A stretch of DNA of 64,000 nt from a virus. Taxonomy: Duplodnaviria > Heunggongvirae > Uroviricota > Caudoviricetes. The DNA lies in the IMG/VR virus record IMGVR_UViG_3300030019_000001, one strand, 5' to 3'. A program made the position numbers and the translations under genes. Shown piece after piece: positions 1 through 9,422 of the stretch. The notes under the pieces were generated by a model. That model saw only the letters and a list, made by a program, of their open reading frames with translations. It was not told the DNA's origin and ran no database searches. The stretch's first letter is position 1. Every line of letters begins with the position of its first letter.

Positions 1-281
1 GGATTGTGTGTTTTATTATTTAGTTGTAATGAAAAAATAAATTATGATGGTAAAGTGTTTGATAATTATGATATGTATGCTGATTATTCATTAAATAAGT
101 TAAAACCACCAGTTGTTATAAAACAATTCATTTATCAATAGATAAGAGCGGTAGTGTACCTGATACATCATATTCAATCGTAGTTAAAGATTCAGAAAAA
201 ACAATTAAGTATTATAAATATGATTCAAATTTGGCTAATATTATAGGAAAAACTCATAACGTTGGTGATACAATACGATAA
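1..281 (+). pseudogene. partial putative lipoprotein with apparent frameshift near 118-125
   Basis: Frame 1 reads ..LLFSCNEK (lipobox-like) to TAG at 139-141; coding-like text continues in another frame to TAA 279-281. Confidence 0.4.
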
Positions 282-282
282 T

Positions 283-564
283 ATGGTATTAACTAAAGAA
301 ATGATTTACAGACCAATTACAGATTTTTTAGAAGAGAATGACTTCAATAAAATTGATGATTATAATTATAGTAATGACAAATGTGATGTTATTATAGTTA
401 ATGATGTAGATAATCCTTTTTATAGAATTATTGATAATGATAAAGAAAATTTAGAACATGATGTGTATATTGATAGTCATGATTTAAGTCTATATTGGCT
501 CATTGGATATTTAACTTATTATAAATTAATGAATAAAAACTATAAACAATTAAATCATGGATGA
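283..564 (+). CDS. hypothetical protein
   Basis: ORF track 262..564; ATG at 283 preferred. Confidence 0.65.
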   Translation: MVLTKEMIYRPITDFLEENDFNKIDDYNYSNDKCDVIIVNDVDNPFYRIIDNDKENLEHDVYIDSHDLSLYWLIGYLTYYKLMNKNYKQLNHG

Positions 565-693
565 TATATTAGTATTATGTATTTGTGTTCCATTTACCAT
601 ATTATTCATATATATGGCAATTAGCACATTTCTAGATAAAGGTGGATATAATATACCAAAGCCACCAAAATTTAAATAATTAAACAAAAAAAC

Positions 694-1038
694 ATGGATT
701 ACACAGCAGTTTATTATGATAAGAATTTAAAGGTTATTTCTTGTGAAATTTTAAGAGATAGACATTCAAGTAATGTTAAAGCCGAAGCAGATACAAATAA
801 GTCAGTTAACTGTAGAAAAGTTATTGTACGTGATGGCACAAACGTATCAGAAGCAGAGAAAGTAGCAAGTCTTATCTATATGTACAAAGGAGGTGCATCA
901 ACCAGATATGAAAGAGGAGTACTTAAATTAGCAATACTTCAGCTTAAACATGGATGGAAAGCAAAAGAAGTTGAATCTTGGGTTTGTGAAACATTGATGA
1001 GATTTAGAAATTATTATAAATCAGAACAAGTCAAGTAA
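694..1038 (+). CDS. hypothetical protein
   Basis: Intact ORF; no motif recognised. Confidence 0.7.
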   Translation: MDYTAVYYDKNLKVISCEILRDRHSSNVKAEADTNKSVNCRKVIVRDGTNVSEAEKVASLIYMYKGGASTRYERGVLKLAILQLKHGWKAKEVESWVCETLMRFRNYYKSEQVK

Positions 1039-1509
1039 ATTAAAAAACTTCTTTTCTGTCAATTTGGATCTTAATCTATTTAATTGGATTAAGAATTCAC
1101 TTTTTGTCATTAATGTGTTAGTTTTGCCAGATTTACCAATAGTGTGATCTAATTTATAAGGTATTGATTCTTTTAAACTGTTTCTGAAAGATTCATTTTG
1201 TTCAAATAAACAATCATATGATCGTTTTATTAGTTCATCATATTCTTCAGATTGTCTATTGATTGGTGTAGATATCCAATATAATTCTTGAGTATCTATC
1301 CAATCTAAACATTGACCAGCTGACCATGCTTCAAACCCTGATAGTTTCCATATACTCTCTTTAATTTGTATGTCTGGAGTTCTTAATGACTGTATAAAGC
1401 CTTCATATGAAGCCACAGATACGCCATCAATCTCGAATTCATATGGATATAAATTCGATAGTTTTTTTTCTAAGCCTTCCATTCTAAATTTAATATCTAA
1501 TATTTCCAT
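1021..1509 (-). CDS. T4 gp30.3-like protein (NADAR superfamily)
   Basis: LSNLYPYEFEIDG..SYEGFIQS..LSG..A..AG..LYW..Y..QN..FR..L..L.H..G..T..T..EF...L..LR follows T4 gp30.3 as recalled. Confidence 0.75.
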   Translation of the reverse strand: MEILDIKFRMEGLEKKLSNLYPYEFEIDGVSVASYEGFIQSLRTPDIQIKESIWKLSGFEAWSAGQCLDWIDTQELYWISTPINRQSEEYDELIKRSYDCLFEQNESFRNSLKESIPYKLDHTIGKSGKTNTLMTKSEFLIQLNRLRSKLTEKKFFNLLDLF

Positions 1510-1547
1510 GTTATATTATATGATAAAAAAATAAAAAAGTTACAAAA

Positions 1548-1796
1548 ATGAGATATAGCGAATCAAAAGAAATTATCAATAAGATAAAAGAATCTATAGT
1601 TGAGATAAATAAATATGGAAATATTGACAACTATGTTAATGAACATTATCAGATGTTTTTAAGAAGTGGTGAGCCTGATGATAATACATTAGACACATCA
1701 TATTATTATAAAATGTTGAAAGAGATTGAAGAAGATAAAGAATTTGAGTCTAAACTTGTATTTATACTTGAGTTTTTTGTTCAAGGTAAAATATAA
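1548..1796 (+). CDS. hypothetical protein
   Basis: ORF in co-oriented run. Confidence 0.65.
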   Translation: MRYSESKEIINKIKESIVEINKYGNIDNYVNEHYQMFLRSGEPDDNTLDTSYYYKMLKEIEEDKEFESKLVFILEFFVQGKI

Positions 1797-1800
1797 AATT

Positions 1801-2043
1801 ATGATAAATGAAAAAAATATACTATCAGAAATAAATTATTTTGAATCAGAATTACGTTATTTTGAAAAAATTAAACTAAATGAAGAATTTGAAATAACCA
1901 ATGAAGAAGATTATGATGAATATATTTATATTATGAAATCAATAGATGATTGTCACTCAAAGTATGCTCATGCTGTTGCATTTAATTTAAAAACTAAATT
2001 AAGAATAGATAAGTTAAATAAAATAACAGAATCAAATGATTAA
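1801..2043 (+). CDS. hypothetical protein, RKxKL-type tail
   Basis: ATG 1801 preferred over 1726; ends LRIDKLNKITESND. Confidence 0.65.
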   Translation: MINEKNILSEINYFESELRYFEKIKLNEEFEITNEEDYDEYIYIMKSIDDCHSKYAHAVAFNLKTKLRIDKLNKITESND

Positions 2044-2251
2044 TTATAATGATTATATTATTACTGAATTAGATCATAAAGCATATGATTTATATTGTGG
2101 TCAAGATGAAGATACACCTTATCGTGGTGTAAATCATACATTTTTTGATTTCCTGTTAGAACACGATAACTATTTAGAATATTATTCAAAAGCGAAGATA
2201 GAAATTAGAAAAGAGAAGTTAATACAATTATCAAAAAAAATTAATGATTGA
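2036..2251 (+). CDS. hypothetical protein, RKxKL tail
   Basis: Ends IRKEKLIQLSKKIND. Confidence 0.7.
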   Translation: MINYNDYIITELDHKAYDLYCGQDEDTPYRGVNHTFFDFLLEHDNYLEYYSKAKIEIRKEKLIQLSKKIND

Positions 2252-2684
2252 AATCAAAAAACTTGATACTAAGAAATATAATGATATGTTATATCGTAAT
2301 AGATTTCTTTTTTTAGTAGATATTCAGGCTATTGATGAAAGATATTCCCGTATTTTTTATCAATTATTAAATACTATAATTGAATATCAAAAAAATGATT
2401 ATAAATTTATTTCTTTATATGATTTGTCATTAAAATTAAAAGATGACTTACTACGAATAAAAAATGAAGAAATTTCTGATTTTTTTGATTTAATATTATT
2501 GATGTTTTATTTTTTTGATAAAGATTTTTTAGTTAGTCTTAGAGATTATAAAGTAAAACTAAATAAATATATTTCTGAGTTATCTGAATTGACATTAAAA
2601 GATTATATTAATATGTTAAATCATAATGGTAATTATAATTTATATTTAAGAAAGAAAAAACTAAATAAATTGAATAATATATGA
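2244..2684 (+). CDS. hypothetical protein, RKxKL tail
   Basis: Ends LRKKKLNKLNNI. Confidence 0.7.
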   Translation: MIEIKKLDTKKYNDMLYRNRFLFLVDIQAIDERYSRIFYQLLNTIIEYQKNDYKFISLYDLSLKLKDDLLRIKNEEISDFFDLILLMFYFFDKDFLVSLRDYKVKLNKYISELSELTLKDYINMLNHNGNYNLYLRKKKLNKLNNI

Positions 2685-2692
2685 ACAATTAA

Positions 2693-2723
2693 TTTGTGTA
2701 ATTGATTTTTTTTATTATCTTTG
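2693..2723 (+). promoter_or_regulatory. Bacteroidota-type housekeeping promoter
   Basis: TTTG(2693)-19 nt-TATCTTTG(2716) upstream of 2775. Confidence 0.75.
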
Positions 2724-2774
2724 TGTTTGAAATTAAAAATTATTTCAATTTTTGTGTAATTAAAAATTATTATT

Positions 2775-3881
2775 ATGAATTTATTAAATGTCACTCCAAC
2801 AAAAAATGTATCAGGTGCAGCAAAAAGCACTGAAAAGAGTCAATTATTAATTGATAAGCTAAAATTAATAGACTCTGATTTAAAAGAATTTATGTTAACA
2901 TTAAAAGTGTTAGAAAAAGCCAATATTATTAGATCTAATTCCTATTATGATGAAACCAAAACTAATTTTTCTACTAAAAGGGAAATTTTTAAACAGTTAG
3001 GATATTCAATCAACGAAAAAGTTACTGAATATAATAATATATTAGGCAGTTTGAAATCATATAATGTTAAGATTCCTGAAAACTTAATAAAATACAACTT
3101 GATAAAAAAAGAAAGAACTTCTTCAGGCGACAGATATGATCAAGTTGAAATTCAAATAGACAAAAATTACAATCAGTACCTTAACTCAAGATTAAATTCG
3201 AATCTTAGTTCTATTGTTCAAATTGCAGAGACTTTTGGATTTATGATTATTCCATTAGAATTAGCAAAAAATTCCATTCTGACTTGTGACCCAAAAAGGG
3301 CATCAAAAGATATTGAGTCTGCTATTAATAACTACAAAAATGCTAACTCAGAAAGAAACTTTTATATATTATGTCCTATTGGTTTTTATGATTTTGAAAA
3401 ACACGTAAAGAGTCAAAAATATTACGATGTATATTTTCCAAATTCATTATCAATGGTTAGTATGAATGTTGGTATGAATTTACCATTATTTAGAAGTATG
3501 TATGAAACAATGGTAAATCTTGGTAATAGAGTAGATGCACTTGAAAATTCAACAAAGATACTCAAAGAACAAGTAAAAGGAATCGAACAAAATATTGGTA
3601 GAATACAATCTGAACTTGAAAAAATATCAAAAGAACAAATTCGTCAACAGCAAATGGCTATACAGCAAGCAGAACAAATTAAAACATTGAAGCTTGAAGT
3701 TCAGCAAGCATTAGCAAGAAGGGAAGATCCTCTAATTTTTTCTACATCAAATATAATAACAGATTTTTCTGAAGATACTCATTGTGATGTTGGATTTGCA
3801 TGGGGTACAGAATTTCCAAAAGAATTCTTACAAATGATGAATGTAAAAGGAACAAATAAAACTAATTATTGGCTAAAATAA
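2775..3881 (+). CDS. hypothetical protein with C-terminal coiled coil
   Basis: 368 aa; heptad-like Q/E/K-rich segment at about aa 245-315. Confidence 0.75.
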   Translation: MNLLNVTPTKNVSGAAKSTEKSQLLIDKLKLIDSDLKEFMLTLKVLEKANIIRSNSYYDETKTNFSTKREIFKQLGYSINEKVTEYNNILGSLKSYNVKIPENLIKYNLIKKERTSSGDRYDQVEIQIDKNYNQYLNSRLNSNLSSIVQIAETFGFMIIPLELAKNSILTCDPKRASKDIESAINNYKNANSERNFYILCPIGFYDFEKHVKSQKYYDVYFPNSLSMVSMNVGMNLPLFRSMYETMVNLGNRVDALENSTKILKEQVKGIEQNIGRIQSELEKISKEQIRQQQMAIQQAEQIKTLKLEVQQALARREDPLIFSTSNIITDFSEDTHCDVGFAWGTEFPKEFLQMMNVKGTNKTNYWLK

Positions 3882-3888
3882 AAATGTT

Positions 3889-4188
3889 ATGAAATTAATT
3901 GACACTTGGGTAGTATATGATTTATGCGTATCTGAAATAATTGAAGTTTTTTCAGATAAAGATGAAGCAACTAAACTTTATGATATAAAGATTGAAGAAT
4001 ATTATATTAAAAATCGCAAATCATGCAATTTTTTTAAAAAAATGTCTGATGAACAATATGATGAACATTTTAAAACTCATATTTCAAGTATTGGTATTAA
4101 TGTTATTACGCTAGAAGAAGCTATTGATAATATTAAAGAAAGATTAACTGATAAATTTGAATCAATAATCTATCCAAATTATAATTAA
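3889..4188 (+). CDS. hypothetical protein
   Basis: ORF in co-oriented run. Confidence 0.65.
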   Translation: MKLIDTWVVYDLCVSEIIEVFSDKDEATKLYDIKIEEYYIKNRKSCNFFKKMSDEQYDEHFKTHISSIGINVITLEEAIDNIKERLTDKFESIIYPNYN

Positions 4189-4200
4189 AAATAAAAATAG

Positions 4201-4614
4201 ATGAATAGAACTTTTATACTAAGAGAGATAGAAAATATTAGAGAAGAAACTAATAATTTTACAGGTGATGAATTTAAAGATTTTTCATATGGAAATATTT
4301 GTAAAGATGCTAGTGATTTAGACTTTGTTAATATTGGTGATTATGAATTATTATTCTTTTATAAGAAATTAATAGATAGGTGGAATCCATCATTTTCTGA
4401 AAGTGGTGTTAGTAAATGTGTTTGTGGAGGTAATGCTGAAGTTAATTGTAGTCATACAGGATTAAATAATTGTGGTTATGCTTATGTTAAATGTAACACT
4501 TGTGGATTAGAAATGAGACAAAATTCTGAGGAATTAGTATATGATGATTTTACTCTTGATACATTGAGAGATGTTGTAATAAAAAGTTGGAACAAAACCA
4601 TGAATTGTAAATGA
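4201..4614 (+). CDS. protein with C-terminal Lar-like zinc ribbon
   Basis: CVCGGNAEV...VKCNTCG...SWN pattern. Confidence 0.45.
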   Translation: MNRTFILREIENIREETNNFTGDEFKDFSYGNICKDASDLDFVNIGDYELLFFYKKLIDRWNPSFSESGVSKCVCGGNAEVNCSHTGLNNCGYAYVKCNTCGLEMRQNSEELVYDDFTLDTLRDVVIKSWNKTMNCK

Positions 4615-4949
4615 TAGACAAAGAAAGATTAGAAGTCCACCTTAATAATGGTGAGATAGAATATGTTGTGTGTGCAGCAAATTGGATTGATGACGGAATT
4701 GATTATTTATATAAACCATATAATATAAATAAAGGAATTGTATATAGCGGTAATCGTCATCCTTCTATATTTGAACAAACAAATAGAATTTATCCATTTG
4801 AAAAATATGGTGAGTTAACAGTACAGGGATTTCTAACTACAAAAAATAGATTTCTAACAAGAGAAGAAGCATTAGAATTAGTTAAATCAAATGGGCAATT
4901 AAAAAATAAGTTATTAGGTAGTGAATTAACATCAGAAGATTTATGGTAA
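4611..4949 (+). CDS. conserved phage hypothetical protein
   Basis: VCAANW..GNRH..QGFLTTKNRFLTREEA resembles a widespread phage family. Confidence 0.6.
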   Translation: MIDKERLEVHLNNGEIEYVVCAANWIDDGIDYLYKPYNINKGIVYSGNRHPSIFEQTNRIYPFEKYGELTVQGFLTTKNRFLTREEALELVKSNGQLKNKLLGSELTSEDLW

Positions 4950-5203
4950 TAGATAAAGATAAAATAATAATTGGAGGTAGAAGAATAAAAATTGATAGTA
5001 TATTTGGCTACTATACTTATAATAATAAAAATCTTGTTATTGAACGTCTGTTACTGGATAATATAGACGAATTTGATATATCTTTTGAAAACGAATTAGA
5101 TTTGAAAATAACAATAGATGAATTAGATTCTTTGTTTGTTTTAAATATTAATAACTACAAAAGAAAAGAGAAACTTATTGAGTTAAATAAAGATGAAATG
5201 TAA
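4943..5203 (+). CDS. hypothetical protein, RKxKL tail; paralog of next gene
   Basis: IG.RR.KIDSIFGYY..ELD.L..RKEKL. Confidence 0.7.
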   Translation: MVIDKDKIIIGGRRIKIDSIFGYYTYNNKNLVIERLLLDNIDEFDISFENELDLKITIDELDSLFVLNINNYKRKEKLIELNKDEM

Positions 5204-5462
5204 AATAAAAAAGTGTATTAAAATTGGTATTTATAGATTAAATTTAAATAGCATATTTGCATATTATCCTTGCGATAGATTAAATTTTTGGAATATTATA
5301 GTTGAAAGGAAATCTAAAGATGGTATCTGTGAATTGATTATTGATTTTGATTCATCTGAAGAAGTAAATAAAGTTCTATCAGAATTAGATAAATTGCTTA
5401 CTATTGATCCAATGAATTTAAGAAAAGAAAAATTAGATGAAATTAATGAAAATAACAAATAA
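5193..5462 (+). CDS. hypothetical protein, RKxKL tail; paralog of previous gene
   Basis: IG.YRLNLNSIFAYY..ELD.L..RKEKL. Confidence 0.7.
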   Translation: MKCKIKKCIKIGIYRLNLNSIFAYYPCDRLNFWNIIVERKSKDGICELIIDFDSSEEVNKVLSELDKLLTIDPMNLRKEKLDEINENNK

Positions 5463-5464
5463 AC

Positions 5465-5698
5465 ATGAAAATAATTAAAATTTTATTGCTGATAATTAAA
5501 ATTTTATTGCTGATAATTTTAAGTATATTAAAAATGATATTTATTACAATTAATTATTGTATTATCGGTTTAGTATTATTTCCATTCGCAATCATTTTTA
5601 TGTTTTTATCAATATTTAATCATGACTATTTTTGGACTAAATTGTGGTGTGGCTCAATTTATTGGTTAGATAAAAATCATGCATTTCCTAAATATTAA
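5465..5698 (+). CDS. small membrane protein
   Basis: Hydrophobic; 21-bp tandem duplication gives IIKILLL twice. Confidence 0.6.
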   Translation: MKIIKILLLIIKILLLIILSILKMIFITINYCIIGLVLFPFAIIFMFLSIFNHDYFWTKLWCGSIYWLDKNHAFPKY

Positions 5699-5966
5699 AC
5701 ATATGGATAAATTTAAAATAATTAAACAAGTTCATACATATCAACATAATAAAACATATTTTGTAGTATATAAGAAGAATTTTATTGGTTGGGTGATAGC
5801 AAGTGATGTGAGTGTACATATGTTGATAAATTTTAATTATCATTATGATTCATTCTTTGAAGCTGAGATGGCTATATTTGACTATTTTAAAACTAAACAC
5901 GGTGGAATAATATCAATAGATGCTAATGTTTATGTATATTCGCCATTTAGTTTATCACTTCCTTAA
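5679..5966 (+). CDS. hypothetical protein
   Basis: ORF in co-oriented run. Confidence 0.6.
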   Translation: MHFLNIKHMDKFKIIKQVHTYQHNKTYFVVYKKNFIGWVIASDVSVHMLINFNYHYDSFFEAEMAIFDYFKTKHGGIISIDANVYVYSPFSLSLP

Positions 5967-5980
5967 AAATTATATAAAAA

Positions 5981-6271
5981 ATGACAGATAATAGATTAAT
6001 AAGAATTGAAACAATAACAAAACAAATTGAAATTGAATTGACATTTCATGAAATAAAAAAATTATTTATTGAAAAATCACCAACTGAAATTTTTGTAATT
6101 CCTTATAGTAGTTCTAAACCATGTATCAGTATTTCTAAGCCAATATTAGAAGGAGACACTGAAATTTGCATCATTTACGAATCTCATCACAATAAGAATC
6201 AATATTTTGTAACCTGGACAAGTTTTTATACCATATTAAAAAAATATGGCTTATCAAATATTAGATTTTAA
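5981..6271 (+). CDS. hypothetical protein
   Basis: ORF in co-oriented run. Confidence 0.65.
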   Translation: MTDNRLIRIETITKQIEIELTFHEIKKLFIEKSPTEIFVIPYSSSKPCISISKPILEGDTEICIIYESHHNKNQYFVTWTSFYTILKKYGLSNIRF

Positions 6272-6372
6272 AGTTAAACATAAAAAAAATATTACTATAT
6301 AAACAATATATCAATATTTTATTGTATCTTTGTGAAATGTTATATTAAACAAAAAATAATTTAAATTTTATT

Positions 6373-6855
6373 ATGGAAGAAAATGATTATTATGATTACA
6401 AGCAATCTAGGAGATTATCATCTTTTAAACACGCTCTAATTGTTGTAGGTATAGCGTTCGTTTCATTTATGTCTTTTCAATTTGGAACTATGATTAGTCA
6501 AGAATCAGAAAAAGAAGATTATGTAACTTTAATGACACCTACTATTAAACAAAAAATTGAAGTTGGTCAAACATGGAGTTATAATATTTATAAAAATGAT
6601 CCATTTAAACAAGAGATTAAAATAAATAAAAAAGTTATAGGAGTTAAAAATAACTATGTTTTATTCGTTCAAACTTATAATGATAGTACTCTTGATAAAG
6701 ATACTATCAGTGAAGATACTGAATATTTTTTAATTGGTTCTGAATTATTAAGTCCAATAGTTAATAATTTTAAACTTAAATATATTACAGTTGATAAAAA
6801 TGCATCTGAATATAAATTTAGAATAGATTTTAAAAATTTGTATTATGAAAAATGA
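6373..6855 (+). CDS. single-pass membrane protein
   Basis: N-terminal TM segment; TATCTTTG box upstream (about 6324-6331). Confidence 0.65.
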   Translation: MEENDYYDYKQSRRLSSFKHALIVVGIAFVSFMSFQFGTMISQESEKEDYVTLMTPTIKQKIEVGQTWSYNIYKNDPFKQEIKINKKVIGVKNNYVLFVQTYNDSTLDKDTISEDTEYFLIGSELLSPIVNNFKLKYITVDKNASEYKFRIDFKNLYYEK

Positions 6856-7061
6856 AAATTAAAATGAAAAAAACAACATATTTTAAATTATTTATACTTA
6901 TTATATCATTTGGAGTTTTAGGATATCTAATGTCTTATCCTTTTGATATTAAATTACAAATTGTAATCATATCAGTCTTTTTTTTAGCATATTTAAAATA
7001 TTTTTTATATTTAGAAAAAAAAACAACACAAAATAAAAACAAAAATAATGAACAAAAATAA
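6852..7061 (+). CDS. small two-helix membrane protein
   Basis: Two hydrophobic segments. Confidence 0.6.
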   Translation: MKIKMKKTTYFKLFILIISFGVLGYLMSYPFDIKLQIVIISVFFLAYLKYFLYLEKKTTQNKNKNNEQK

Positions 7062-7290
7062 TATTACTATTAAAGTTGAAGGAGCAACAGCTATAGGCAA
7101 ATCTACAGTTACATTAGCAATTGTAAAAGCTCTTAAAGAATTTGGACTTGAAGTTGATTTAGATTGTAATGGTTATAGGAATATAGATCATTTAGAACAT
7201 TCTATGGAACACGATATTTCATTATCTGAAAGAATGAATGTTATCAATGATAAAATCAAAGTAACAATAAAAGAAATTACAATAACATGA
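7048..7290 (+). CDS. small protein with Walker A-like motif
   Basis: VEGATAIGKST. Confidence 0.5.
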   Translation: MNKNNITIKVEGATAIGKSTVTLAIVKALKEFGLEVDLDCNGYRNIDHLEHSMEHDISLSERMNVINDKIKVTIKEITIT

Positions 7291-7589
7291 AAAGATATAG
7301 AAGATTAGAAGATATATTGGTGTTTCAATGGGTAGGAGATTTTGCAATTATTGATGAAATCAATAATGCAGTTGAATCATTCAATAAAACACACGAAGAT
7401 ACATTAAAAGCTGGAAAAGATATCTATGGAGATGAGAATGTTTTAATAATATCTCATCGAGGAGAATATGGTATGATAAGTGAATCAGTTGCAATGAATA
7501 ATTATATTATATTTGATGTGAATGAAATTGAAACATCATTAGGTTCTCATTCAGAAGAATATTTAAATGAAAATTTCATATTAATATAA
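7287..7589 (+). CDS. hypothetical protein
   Basis: ORF in co-oriented run. Confidence 0.65.
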   Translation: MKRYRRLEDILVFQWVGDFAIIDEINNAVESFNKTHEDTLKAGKDIYGDENVLIISHRGEYGMISESVAMNNYIIFDVNEIETSLGSHSEEYLNENFILI

Positions 7590-7765
7590 TGAAAAGGATA
7601 GAAATTGATTGTGTTTTTAAATTGATTATTGATGTTGAAGATACTAAAAATGTCGATGACGTATTAGACTCAATTGAAATAAGTGAATTCGATATAGATG
7701 AAGATGCTATTGTTGTAGCATGTAATATTATTAGTAGGGACATTTCAAATTTTATTATCAAATGA
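7589..7765 (+). CDS. small acidic protein (not in ORF track)
   Basis: MKRIEIDCVFK.., 58 aa, overlaps both neighbours. Confidence 0.6.
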   Translation: MKRIEIDCVFKLIIDVEDTKNVDDVLDSIEISEFDIDEDAIVVACNIISRDISNFIIK

Positions 7766-8463
7766 AAATTTTAAGTATAGGTGATATTCATGGTTTTGAT
7801 TCATGGAAGAAATTCGTTAAAGATATATCAGAATATGATAAAATTATATTTGTTGGAGATTATGTAGATGAATATAATCTAAGTAATATTACAATATTAA
7901 ATAATTTATTAGATATAATTGAATTTAAAAAACAATATCCAGATAAAGTTGTTTTATTATTAGGTAATCACGATTACCAATATGCAATACGCCCACCCCA
8001 AATGAAAATATTAGGATATTGTACTGGTTATAGAGCAGATATGCATTTCGATTTGTATGATATATTCCACATCAATTTAAAATTATTTCAAATGTCATAT
8101 CAATATGAAAATTATATTTGGACTCATGCTGGTATTCACCGTGGATGGTATGATAAATTTTTGAGAGAATTTAAAAAAATATCAGATTTTGAAGGTACAA
8201 TAGCAGAAAAATTAAATTTAGCACAAGAATTTGAATTGAGTTGTTTAGTTGATTGTGGATATATAAGAAACGGTCGTTTCCAGGTTGGCGGTCCATTGTG
8301 GGCTGATAAAACTGAAACATGGACTAAATCATTAAAAAATTATCATCAAATTTGTGGCCATACTCACTTAGATAAGATAGCTCATAATGAATCAAAAAAA
8401 GATAATACATCCATTACTTATATTGATGCTCTACCTGATTTTTGTTATATTTTAAATATTTAA
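7762..8463 (+). CDS. calcineurin-like metallophosphoesterase
   Basis: GDIHG, GDYVD, GNHD, HAG, GHT motifs. Confidence 0.9.
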   Translation: MKILSIGDIHGFDSWKKFVKDISEYDKIIFVGDYVDEYNLSNITILNNLLDIIEFKKQYPDKVVLLLGNHDYQYAIRPPQMKILGYCTGYRADMHFDLYDIFHINLKLFQMSYQYENYIWTHAGIHRGWYDKFLREFKKISDFEGTIAEKLNLAQEFELSCLVDCGYIRNGRFQVGGPLWADKTETWTKSLKNYHQICGHTHLDKIAHNESKKDNTSITYIDALPDFCYILNI

Positions 8464-8467
8464 TCAT

Positions 8468-8683
8468 ATGAAAATTAAAATATTTAAAAACCATGTGAGA
8501 GATTCATATGATTTGAGAGATTTTGAATCTGATATAACCAAATGGTTAAATTACAATAATGATATTGAAATTAAAGAATTTAAACAATCATTTAATGATA
8601 ATAACGAATTAATATACACATTTTTATATTATGATAAAAAAGAATTAAGAAAAGAAAAACTTGATAAAATTAATAAATTATGA
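8468..8683 (+). CDS. hypothetical protein, RKxKL tail
   Basis: Ends LRKEKLDKINKL. Confidence 0.7.
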   Translation: MKIKIFKNHVRDSYDLRDFESDITKWLNYNNDIEIKEFKQSFNDNNELIYTFLYYDKKELRKEKLDKINKL

Positions 8684-8886
8684 AAAATGAAAGATTATTA
8701 GAATTCTATATGTTAGGATTCAAAAATGAAATGGATTATTTTAATGTACCAAATAATGAAATGCTACAAAATGCATACTTAATAGGAAAGAAGCATTCTG
8801 ATGCAGGAGATACTCTAGAATCAACAGCATATTTAACAAACGATATTGTCGAATTTTTAATAGAAAAAGAGAGCTTAAATAATTGA
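8680..8886 (+). CDS. hypothetical protein
   Basis: ATGA overlap with previous gene. Confidence 0.6.
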   Translation: MKNERLLEFYMLGFKNEMDYFNVPNNEMLQNAYLIGKKHSDAGDTLESTAYLTNDIVEFLIEKESLNN

Positions 8887-8908
8887 TTAACAAAGAACTA
8901 TAAATTAT

Positions 8909-8932
8909 ATTTGCAATTTGCAAATTGCAAAT
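8909..8932. repeat. perfect 24-bp palindrome, operator-like
   Basis: ATTTGCAATTTGCAAATTGCAAAT equals its reverse complement; overlaps TATATTTG box at 8906-8913. Confidence 0.7.
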
Positions 8933-9192
8933 TTAAAATATTTATATATAGTTTATGATTGAATATTATTAATTTAATTTTCAATTAATTAAGCAAGAGA
9001 CACTTAACGATTTATCATTTACGTATAAAAATGATACAGATTGTACTATGGTTTAGTTAGTGCTAAATGGATTAGGAATAACCAATTCCCCATTTTTAGG
9101 TGACTTTTTTTATTCAGTAAGATGATTAAGTTGTTTTTTCAAAGTAAATAAAACATCGGTTACATCCATTCATCGTAGACTCAGGTGGAGAT

Positions 9193-9292
9193 AGTTAGGT
9201 GACGAAATGGTTAGACGTTTAGGATTAAAATCCTATTAATGAGGTATCTCAGAGATTAATTTCTCATGCGGGTTCGAGTCCCGCCTTAACTA
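9193..9292 (+). tRNA. tRNA-Leu(TAA)-like, degenerate
   Basis: 7-bp acceptor AGTTAGG/CTTAACT, perfect T arm GCGGG-TTCGAGT-CCCGC, AC stem TAGGA/TCCTA with only a 6-nt loop TTAAAA, about 32-nt variable arm, no CCA. Confidence 0.6.
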
Positions 9293-9340
9293 CAGTTAAA
9301 ATATTAATATACCAAAAATATTTAAAATACTTAAAAAAAT

Positions 9341-9418
9341 GGAATAACGGATTTTATAGCCATTAAAGCGTCAATTTTAAATTGATTAAACTTGGGTTCG
9401 ACTCCCATAATTCCACCA
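9341..9418 (+). tRNA. atypical tRNA-like element, apparent anticodon TTA
   Basis: GGAAT../..ATTCC-A-CCA, T loop TTCGACT, AC stem GTCAA/TTGAT with loop TTTTAAA; non-canonical D arm. Confidence 0.45.
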
Positions 9419-9422
9419 AATA

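Noticed and set aside
5470-5515. 21-bp tandem duplication in a membrane gene
   Set aside because: In-frame slippage duplication with no sign of wider significance.
9040-9190. Further tRNA remnants upstream of the Leu-like gene
   Set aside because: Only short hairpins (GGAAT/ATTCC, TTTAG/CTAAA); no T loop or acceptor stem.
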